Source of the DNA: a bacterium | GTDB taxonomy: Bacteria; Zhuqueibacterota; Zhuqueibacteria; Oceanimicrobiales; Oceanimicrobiaceae | Direction: 5' to 3' | DNA length: 11,144 bases | Assembly (NCBI GenBank): GCA_046757165.1 | Contig: JBHHXT010000159.1 | Location: 1-11,144 of the forward strand | Shown here: positions 1-6,403 of the stretch, one piece after another | How positions within the stretch are numbered: position 1 is the first letter of the stretch | Layout of the letters: each line of letters starts with the position of its first letter | Notes under the pieces: generated by a model | What the model saw: only the letters and a program-made list of their open reading frames with translations | The model's database searches: none | What the model was told of the DNA's origin: nothing | Translations under genes and position numbers: made by a program

Positions 1-1140
1 CGCCTCGGCCAACGCGCGTGGATTTCTGGCAGGCACCAGGAAACCGTTTTCCGCAGGCTCGACAACTTCGGCCAGGCCCGAAACCCGGGTCGCCACCACC
101 GGCAGTCCGGTCGCCATGGCTTCCACCAGCACATTGGGGATGCCGTCGCGGTCGCCATTGCCGCTGATTTGACAGGGCACGGCAAATAGGTCGGCTTCAA
201 AGTATTTGTGCACCAACCGTTCCTGCGGGATGAATGCCAGAATCTCGACCTGCTTCTCGAGACCGAATCGGTTGATGTCGTTTCTCAACCTGGCCTCCAG
301 GGGGCCCTCCCCGACAATCTGGCAGCGAAAGGGCACCTCCCAGTGGAGAAGCAAATGGCAGGCAGCGATCAGACAATCGAACCCCTTCTTCTCGACCAGC
401 CGGCCGACGCTCAATATCAGGGGGAGCGGCCTGGTGCTGGCGGAATCCGGGTTGGCCGGTTGTTTTGGGCAACACCCGTTGGCAAAAATGCTCTCGTCAA
501 ACCCGTGATAGATGGTGTGAATCGGCGTGCCGTTGCGTGAAATCTTCTGCAAGTAGCTCCGGTTGTAGTGGGTACAGGTGATCACGAATTTGGCTTCATG
601 AATCTTGTCCTGCAAGGCCTGTTCGTCCGAGAGGTAAATGTCTTTGGCGTGCGCGGTGAAACTGTACGAAATCCCGCTCAGCAAGTGGACAAACCGGGCG
701 ACTGAGGCCGGGTCGTTGGCGAAATGCGCATGCAGATGTTCAAAGCCGGCCTCCAGCAGCATTTGGGCGATGTAGCCCGCCACCAGGAATCGTTTCTTGG
801 CTTTTCTGTCCTTCAGGCGCCAACAAACCGCAAGCGCTCGTTTGTACCGCTCTGGATCGGCTTTGTAAAGTTGCAGGTTCGCTCGCAGCACCAGAAACAT
901 CGGCCGCAGATTTCGCATCAACAGCAAGAGCGTAATCCGGATCGGTTCCGGGACGTAGACCACTTTTGATTTCACACGGTCTACTTTTGCCTGCTGACAA
1001 GACTCGTTCGGCCGCTTGAGCGAGATCAACAGCAGGGACACCCCTTGCCGCTCCAGCTCCAATATTTCATTCAGGATAAACGTCTCTGCAAAGCGCGGAA
1101 ACATTTTGAGCAGAAAGGCGATTTTCTTCTTTGGTTTCAT
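1..1140 (-). CDS. GT4 glycosyltransferase, AmsK/WcaL-like (3' end truncated by window edge)
   Basis: Absent from the ORF track because no stop lies in the window; translated by hand from the ATG at 1140, which overlaps the upstream TGA (ATGA, 1137-1140). Reads MKPKKKIAFLLKMFPRFAETFILNEILELERQG...HLHAHFANDP...SFTAHAKDIY...ILSVGRLVEKKGF...NGDRDGIPNVLVEAMATGLPVVATRVSG..., 380 codons to base 1. These are typical GT-B/GT4 motifs. Confidence 0.93.
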   Translation of the reverse strand, partial: MKPKKKIAFLLKMFPRFAETFILNEILELERQGVSLLLISLKRPNESCQQAKVDRVKSKVVYVPEPIRITLLLLMRNLRPMFLVLRANLQLYKADPERYKRALAVCWRLKDRKAKKRFLVAGYIAQMLLEAGFEHLHAHFANDPASVARFVHLLSGISYSFTAHAKDIYLSDEQALQDKIHEAKFVITCTHYNRSYLQKISRNGTPIHTIYHGFDESIFANGCCPKQPANPDSASTRPLPLILSVGRLVEKKGFDCLIAACHLLLHWEVPFRCQIVGEGPLEARLRNDINRFGLEKQVEILAFIPQERLVHKYFEADLFAVPCQISGNGDRDGIPNVLVEAMATGLPVVATRVSGLAEVVEPAENGFLVPARNPRALAEA

Positions 1141-2372
1141 GACAGCAACACCTCCCTCAAAGCCCCGACATTTCTCTGCAATTCAAAGGCGTGCAAGATT
1201 TTCTGTCGAGCATTTTTCCCCAGCTCGCTGGCCAGATGAGGATCGGCGAGCAGCTTCTGGATGGCTTGAGCCAATTCTTCGGCGCGGTTTGGCCGCACCA
1301 GCAGGCCGGAGCGTCCGTGCTCGATGACCTCGGGAATGGCGGAAACGCTGGTCGAGATGACCGGAAGCGCCATGGCCATCGCCTCCAGGATCACATTCGG
1401 GATGCCATCGCGATCGCCGTTTTCGAGCACGCGGCAGGGCAGCACGAACAGGTCGGCGCTTCGATACAGCGGCAACACTTTTTCATGAGCCAGGGAGCCG
1501 GGCAGCCGGACGGCGTCCTGCAAGCCCAACTGCTCGATCTGGTGTTGCAGCGCTTCATGCAGGGGGCCCTGCCCGACGATTTGACATTCAAACTCAATGC
1601 GCTCAGCCCTCAGAATGGAACAGGCCTGGAGCAAAACGGAGAAGCCCTTCTTCTCTACCAGTCGTCCAACCGACAGGATGAGGGGCTTCCCGGATTGCGG
1701 CTGAGAGGATGGATGAAATTTCTGCAAATCTATGCCATGATGCACACAGTAGATGGGCGTGCCGTTGCCCGAAATCTGTTCGAAATATTGCTTGTTGGTG
1801 TTGGTACAGGTGACCACAAACTGAGCGCTGTGTATCTTGCGCTTCAGCCATTTCTGCGAATAGCAATAGATATCTTTCGCATGGCCCGTAAAACTGTACG
1901 GACAGCCCAGCAGTTGCGAGGCCCAGTAGGCCATGGTGGTGGGGTCATGCGCAAAATGCGCGTGCAGCCCCGTGATATCGTATTTTTGAATCTGGCTGCA
2001 GAGCCACGTCCACCGCAAAAAGCTTTGCAGCCGTGAAAAATAACGCTCCTTTTTGCCAGAGAGCAGGAAATGGGCGATGACGCGAACATATCGCCCGGGT
2101 GCGTTGAGCAACAAGGAGACCGCTGTTCGAAACGTCGTGGCAAGAAACCGCCGGTCAAATCTCTCCGGGACATAGATCACGGGGGAGCGTATCGACTGGT
2201 ATTCCGTCTGGATGTGAACCTCCTTGCTCTTTTTGAGTGAAAAGATGACCAGGTTGATTCCCTGCCGCTCCAATTCCAGAATTTCGTTCAAGATAAAGGT
2301 CTCCGACAACCGCGGAAAGCCGCTGAGCAAGTAGCCCAGAGGCTTGGGTCTGGCTCTGGTGGGAAGGCTCAT
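1137..2372 (-). CDS. GT4 glycosyltransferase, AmsK/WcaL-like (411 aa)
   Basis: Motifs FPRLSETFILNEI, HAHFAHDP, SFTGHAKDIY, SVGRLVEKKG, DRDGIPNVILEAMA. ATGA overlaps with both neighbours (2369-2372 and 1137-1140). Confidence 0.95.
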   Translation of the reverse strand: MSLPTRARPKPLGYLLSGFPRLSETFILNEILELERQGINLVIFSLKKSKEVHIQTEYQSIRSPVIYVPERFDRRFLATTFRTAVSLLLNAPGRYVRVIAHFLLSGKKERYFSRLQSFLRWTWLCSQIQKYDITGLHAHFAHDPTTMAYWASQLLGCPYSFTGHAKDIYCYSQKWLKRKIHSAQFVVTCTNTNKQYFEQISGNGTPIYCVHHGIDLQKFHPSSQPQSGKPLILSVGRLVEKKGFSVLLQACSILRAERIEFECQIVGQGPLHEALQHQIEQLGLQDAVRLPGSLAHEKVLPLYRSADLFVLPCRVLENGDRDGIPNVILEAMAMALPVISTSVSAIPEVIEHGRSGLLVRPNRAEELAQAIQKLLADPHLASELGKNARQKILHAFELQRNVGALREVLLS

Positions 2373-3565
2373 GAGACCGGCACCCTGGCCATCAGCCCCT
2401 TGACGAGATCCGTGATCCGTTGCAGGCCGGTCAGATCGATCTTATCCGTGAGGTTGACGAGCAAATCGTCCTGGACAGCGGTTTTTTCGACAGTTTCCAG
2501 AAGCGTACCGGGCGTCAGGTCCTCGGGATGAATCATATTGACCAGGCCCAATTCCGCCAGTCGTTTTGTGCGAATGTATTGTTCCGCGACGGGAAGGATT
2601 CGGGGAATGATGACCGCTCTTTTGCGAAAGGATAAGATTTCACAGGTGGAGTTATAGCCGCCCATGGAGACCACGACATCCGCGGCCGTCAACATTCTTT
2701 CGATCTCATCAGAGAATTCTCTAAACTGCACCGGGTGGCCGTTGCTGCAAGATTGCTCGATCTCATGACGCTGCCTCTTGGGCATCTCCGGCCCGCTGAT
2801 CAACAAGCTCTCCAGGAGACGCTTCTTGCCCTCGCGTATGCCCTCGACATAGGTTTTCATGATTGGAAAGCCATCACCGCCGCCGCCCACCATCACCAGG
2901 GAAAACAAGCCGCCGTTGAGTCCCAATTCTGTTCTGACGCTGCGGCGGTCACAAGTCAAGGGCGATTTGGCGATATAGCCGGTGAAGATTGCTTTTTGTG
3001 CAACGGTGTCCGGCATTTGATACTCCTGAACCGCGTCAAAGATGTTGCGGTCCCCATAGACCCAGACCTGATCGTAGAAGTCGTGAATGGCCTCGAAGTA
3101 GCCGTTGTTTTTCCAAATCGGAATGGTCGTGGTCGGATCGTCCAGAATATCGCGCAGCCCAAGGACGATTTTGGTGTCCGGCAGATAGACCTTCAGATAT
3201 CGCAGCGCGGTCAGAAATTCGCGCTTGATGCCGACGGGTTTTTTGTCCACCACCACCAGGTTGGGTTCAAAGCTTTTGATCGCCGAAAGAATCAGCTCGG
3301 AACGGAAATGCATGAGATCTCTTAAGCTCATATCCCAGAATCTCGAGCTGAAGGCTTCGCGCTTACCCCGCACGAGACACGGCAGCTTGATGTAGTCGAC
3401 CTTGTCAGGTATCCTGAGCGCATGAATCACCGGCGACCCGGTCACAATCAAAATGGCGAGGTCGGGAATCTCCTGCGTCAGGCGCTCGCAGATCGCCAGG
3501 GTTCGACGGATGTTCCCCATGCCGTAGGCATCGTGGGAATAGAACAAGATTCTGTTTTGGCACAT
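2369..3565 (-). CDS. Predicted glycosyltransferase, COG4671-like with GT28 C-terminal-type domain (~398 aa)
   Basis: Motifs ILFYSHDAYGMGNIRR, LGLRDILD, MVGGGGDG, VVSMGGYNSTCEIL, IPR...EQYIR. ATG at 3565 is preferred over the track's GTG at 3574 because AGGTG lies about 6 nt upstream of it. Confidence 0.88.
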   Translation of the reverse strand: MCQNRILFYSHDAYGMGNIRRTLAICERLTQEIPDLAILIVTGSPVIHALRIPDKVDYIKLPCLVRGKREAFSSRFWDMSLRDLMHFRSELILSAIKSFEPNLVVVDKKPVGIKREFLTALRYLKVYLPDTKIVLGLRDILDDPTTTIPIWKNNGYFEAIHDFYDQVWVYGDRNIFDAVQEYQMPDTVAQKAIFTGYIAKSPLTCDRRSVRTELGLNGGLFSLVMVGGGGDGFPIMKTYVEGIREGKKRLLESLLISGPEMPKRQRHEIEQSCSNGHPVQFREFSDEIERMLTAADVVVSMGGYNSTCEILSFRKRAVIIPRILPVAEQYIRTKRLAELGLVNMIHPEDLTPGTLLETVEKTAVQDDLLVNLTDKIDLTGLQRITDLVKGLMARVPVS

Positions 3566-3653
3566 TATGAACACCTACTCTTATTGGTGATGGCTTCACG
3601 TTCCCGGTCCCGTTCACCGAATTCCACACGGTCCGGAGCGTTCCGGAGTTTGC

Positions 3654-3811
3654 GGTGTTGGACTTTGATGAGGGATGCTGTCAAGGCTCTCGCGTGGTTC
3701 CATCCCGTGATCTGATCTCGCACTGTAGGCCACCCAAGAAGGCTATCAAACGAGAACACCAATGTTATACACAAGAGCATGGTCCAGCATCCCGCATCAA
3801 AGTCCAACCCC
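3654..3811 (-). repeat. Long imperfect inverted repeat / rod-like RNA hairpin (candidate structured ncRNA, leader or MITE)
   Basis: GTTGGACTTTGATG (3657-3670) pairs perfectly with CATCAAAGTCCAAC (3795-3808). After one mismatch, GGGATGCTG (3672-3680) pairs with CAGCATCCC (3785-3793). After an internal loop, 3686-3695 pairs with 3769-3778 (10 bp including two G-U pairs on the minus strand). The repeat is directly visible; its function is unknown. Confidence 0.85.
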
Positions 3812-3870
3812 TTTTGTTGTTGGTCGACAGTCATAACTAAAAAACCTTGAATGAACGAGTAGACGACCAT

Positions 3871-3902
3871 AAAAAAACCGCACGTGTTTTCCCGGCTTTT
3901 TT
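3871..3902 (-). terminator. Possible weak intrinsic terminator/attenuator
   Basis: Minus strand AAAAAAGCCG-GGAAAACACGTG-CGGTTTTTTT. The GC core is short (3 bp plus G-U), the loop is 12 nt and a T7 tract follows; it lies about 140 nt past the TPR stop. Confidence 0.35.
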
Positions 3903-4038
3903 CCGGCTACCACCCAAAACGAAAAGACGATGTCGAACAGGCCTGTGGCTGGTGAACGTTTTGACCGGCGATCCCAACCGCTTTCACTGTTAAACTAATT
4001 CTTCCTCGAGATGAAGCCAGGCTGGCTGTCCCTCCCAC

Positions 4039-5280
4039 TTACAGCTCAGCCATGGCTTGTCGTACGTTTTCTATTTCCTTTTCTGCATGAATGCGAGTGA
4101 ACAGGCTTAGCGCTTGCTCAAACTGCTTTCGAGCAGATTTTGTGCTCCCTTTTTGCTTCAACATGCGCCCATATTCAAAGTGAGCCTCGGCTTCCCCCAG
4201 GGGGCTGTTGAATTTTCTCGTGATCTGAATGCTCTTTTCAAAGCATGATTTTGCCTGCGGCCAGCCCTGTTTTCTGGAGTTGAGCACCCCGAGAAATTTA
4301 TGGGCATCCGCCTCCCCCAGATGGTCCTCGAGCTGCAAAAAGGTGCGCAGCGCCTGGTTACAGAGCGCCTCTGCGAAATAGGAGTCCCCGATAGCCAGAT
4401 AGAGTGCCGCGCGATTGAGCTTGATATTGGCTTGTGAATGTACCGCGCCGACCTCTTTTGCCAGCTTGTGACTTCTCTCGTAGTGTGTGCCGGCTTCCGT
4501 CCACCGTTTCGCATCGGCGTACGTCTTGGCCAGGTTGTGGTAGGTCTCGGCCAGCCCGCGGGAGTCGCCAATCTTTTCAAAACGCGGCAGGCTTTTGGCA
4601 TAATAGGTCAGCGATTTTTGCCACTGGCCTTGTACATTGGCCACCACCCCGAGGTTGTTATTGACCTGTGCCAGCATTCTGATCTCGTTTATCCTTTCCC
4701 CTATTTCCAGGGTCTTTTCCCAATAAGAGGTCGCATGCTCCAACTCCCCCTTCTCGAAATAATAATAACCGAGTCCACTGTATGCATTGGCTTCACCTTT
4801 TTCATCTCCACAGCCCCGGGCTAATCTGAGACTTTCTTCATAGGATTTCAGGGCTTCAGCCCACCGATTCTGCATGACCTGAATATGGCCTGTCCAGCGA
4901 TGCGCCTCGGCTTTGTAAGAGCTATCGTCCTCCGAGTCGCACAACCCGATGACCCGGCGATACGCTGACAGGGCTTTATCCCAGGCGCCAAACGTCTCAT
5001 AAGCATGCCCCTTCCAAAGTTGAACCTTGATCTCTTCCAGTTTCGCAAGACTCGGAAAACAGTCTTGAAGGAATTGCTCAACTGATTTCTCAAAGTGGTC
5101 AACCCGCTGTGCCTCTTCCTTTTCCTCGAGGAGCTGCCGGTTGAACACGCGCAAATCTTCGAGCAGGTCGTCCAATTTCTTGGGGCTGCCCCTGGCTCGA
5201 GCCAGCCACTGTTGAAATTCTTCCTCCAGAATGCCAGACACAGATGCTTCACCTTTTTGTTGTTTTTCTTTCCCTTTCAA
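4039..5280 (-). CDS. Cytoplasmic tetratricopeptide-repeat protein (8 repeats, 40-aa period), no catalytic domain
   Basis: Repeats begin KGHAYETFGAWDKALSAY, TGHIQVMQNRWAEALKSY, LGYYYFEKGELEHATSYW, LGVVANVQGQWQKSLTYY, LAKTYADAKRWTEAGTHY, RAALYLAIGDSYFAEALC, LGVLNSRKQGWPQAKSCF, YGRMLKQKGSTKSARKQF. An acidic helical N-terminus of ~85 aa has no signal peptide. The start is uncertain: TTG at 5280, or GTG at 5241 (AAGGTGA 7 nt upstream). Confidence 0.9.
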   Translation of the reverse strand: MKGKEKQQKGEASVSGILEEEFQQWLARARGSPKKLDDLLEDLRVFNRQLLEEKEEAQRVDHFEKSVEQFLQDCFPSLAKLEEIKVQLWKGHAYETFGAWDKALSAYRRVIGLCDSEDDSSYKAEAHRWTGHIQVMQNRWAEALKSYEESLRLARGCGDEKGEANAYSGLGYYYFEKGELEHATSYWEKTLEIGERINEIRMLAQVNNNLGVVANVQGQWQKSLTYYAKSLPRFEKIGDSRGLAETYHNLAKTYADAKRWTEAGTHYERSHKLAKEVGAVHSQANIKLNRAALYLAIGDSYFAEALCNQALRTFLQLEDHLGEADAHKFLGVLNSRKQGWPQAKSCFEKSIQITRKFNSPLGEAEAHFEYGRMLKQKGSTKSARKQFEQALSLFTRIHAEKEIENVRQAMAEL

Positions 5281-5372
5281 CTCCTAGTCCCCCAGAACCA
5301 GTGAGTTGCATGTACATCTCTAATGCTTGTTCATGAGGCCTGCTTCTCAGGCAGCAAAGACTTTGGCTCTGA

Positions 5373-5984
5373 TTAACCTTTTGATATACAGTAACGGGAG
5401 AAATGCTTTAGCGAACCTGTCACATTGTCGCCGCTCACGGTATTCAGCTCCGTATCCACGGTACTCTCCACCGGTTCCCATGCCCGGGTTTCAGGATTGA
5501 AAACCACCACGAAAAACAGCATCTCATCCAGTCCGCTGGTGAAACCGTGATCGAAGCTTACAACAAGCTTGACCGGGGCGCTAAATTGCGTGCCGTCAGG
5601 TCCTAAGTCAAACATGAGCGTATCTGGCTCGTTAACCGGCATCGTAAACGTCAGCTCCGTGGGTTCACTTAGCGCCCCCGGAGAAATTTCTATGCGATGT
5701 GCGCCATGGACCAGGACGCCGCCGGCAGGACCGATGACGGCTCTGCTCACCCCTTCTTCCGCTTCCTCGCGTTTTCTTGTCATCAAGAAACCGTGATCGG
5801 AGAACGGATCCTGATCGCCGTCACCGTCTTTTCCTTTACCACTCTCAAAATTGATACTCGGCCCGGAATCTTCCAAAGCCTCATAAGAGAGCGGTGGGGT
5901 GTCACTACAGGCTGCCAGATAAATGATTCCAATGACCAGCAGCGAGCAGAGCAAGGGCGCTTTTAGTTTCCTTATGGATTGCAT
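5373..5984 (-). CDS. Lipoprotein with ZU5-like domain and C-terminal HFS motif (203 aa)
   Basis: AAGGAGG (5990-5996) lies 5 nt before the ATG at 5984, better supported than the track's TTG at 6035. Signal peptide MQSIRKLKAPLLCSLLVIGIIYLAA-C has a lipobox at Cys26. IGPAGGVL...IEISPGAL...FDLGPDGTQFSAPVKL...WEPV...HFSRY follows the ZU5-superfamily pattern (recognised by eye). Confidence 0.85.
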   Translation of the reverse strand: MQSIRKLKAPLLCSLLVIGIIYLAACSDTPPLSYEALEDSGPSINFESGKGKDGDGDQDPFSDHGFLMTRKREEAEEGVSRAVIGPAGGVLVHGAHRIEISPGALSEPTELTFTMPVNEPDTLMFDLGPDGTQFSAPVKLVVSFDHGFTSGLDEMLFFVVVFNPETRAWEPVESTVDTELNTVSGDNVTGSLKHFSRYCISKG

Positions 5985-6157
5985 CTGAGCCTCCTTGGGG
6001 TTTAAGATCTGGGTGCTGTATGATATTTGTTTCAACTTGTGATTGCCATCGAAAGCAGCAAGAAAAATATTAAGCGGCGCTCCCGGAGATCGTCATGAAA
6101 AGGTACTCCCTCGTCGGTTTGAAGGAACGCCGCCGCTCAAGAGTTGCTCGACCTACA

Positions 6158-6174
6158 TACAAAGGGTATGCCAA
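6158..6174 (-). promoter_or_regulatory. Sigma-54 (-24/-12) promoter for the lipoprotein-TPR genes
   Basis: Minus strand TTGGCATACCCTTTGTA versus consensus YTGGCACG-N4-TTGCW. GG-to-G(C/T) spacing is correct; the -12 C is replaced by T. Predicted +1 near 6147. Confidence 0.7.
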
Positions 6175-6274
6175 ACAAATATCCATGCCTGGTGAGCCTC
6201 TTGAAAGCTTGTTTTTTAACTGGTTATAGCGTCAGCTAATCTTCGGGGCCTCCTCTGTCTGGGCCGCCCTCAGA

Positions 6275-6330
6275 GTAGCGAAATGCTACCATACAAATTG
6301 AGAACTTGAAAAAGTGTAGCGAAACGCTAC
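6275..6330. promoter_or_regulatory. Tandem palindromic sites, probable enhancer (UAS) for a sigma-54 activator
   Basis: GTAGCG-AAA-TGCTAC (6275-6289) and the perfect dyad GTAGCG-AAA-CGCTAC (6316-6330) are 14/15 identical with centres 41 bp apart. They sit at about -135 and -176 from the predicted +1. Confidence 0.75.
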
Positions 6331-6403
6331 TCTGGTCGTGATGAGGAGAGACCATCGCAAGCCGCAGGGTGCGCAGCATTTTCGGCGGCCTTAGACAGAC
6401 TAA

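Noticed and set aside
197..1000. Short ORFs from the track over the first kilobase
   Set aside because: All overlap the truncated GT4 gene (1-1140, minus) in other frames or on the other strand.
1191..2036. 281-aa plus-strand ORF, and similar long plus-strand ORFs at 2735-3325, 6539-7204, 8599-9120, 9124-9888 and 10535-11068
   Set aside because: They are antisense shadows of well-supported minus-strand genes and have no recognisable motifs.
3764..3795. TATAAC as a sigma-70 -10 box for the glycosyltransferase operon (minus strand)
   Set aside because: No plausible -35 at 16-18 nt spacing and no properly placed extended -10 TG.
3654..3811. Retron msr/msd or type I toxin-antitoxin interpretation of the long inverted repeat
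   Set aside because: There is no reverse transcriptase in the window and no short hydrophobic ORF with a ribosome-binding site.
3565..3870. 101-aa minus-strand ORF whose TAA overlaps the glycosyltransferase ATG (TAATG)
   Set aside because: Its ATG follows a T-tract with no ribosome-binding site, it has no protein-like motif, and it runs through the long inverted repeat. The overlap is suggestive but insufficient, so it is not called; a leader peptide cannot be excluded.
5338..5352. GCCTG-CTTCT-CAGGC hairpin after the lipoprotein stop as a terminator
   Set aside because: The stem is only 5 bp with no T-tract on the minus strand; read-through into the TPR gene is more likely.
5985..6035. Track's TTG start for the lipoprotein
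   Set aside because: The ATG at 5984 has a perfect AAGGAGG and gives a normal-length lipoprotein signal peptide.
6275..6330. CRISPR or mini-array reading of the repeated palindrome
   Set aside because: There are only two 15-bp copies and no cas genes; the position fits an enhancer.
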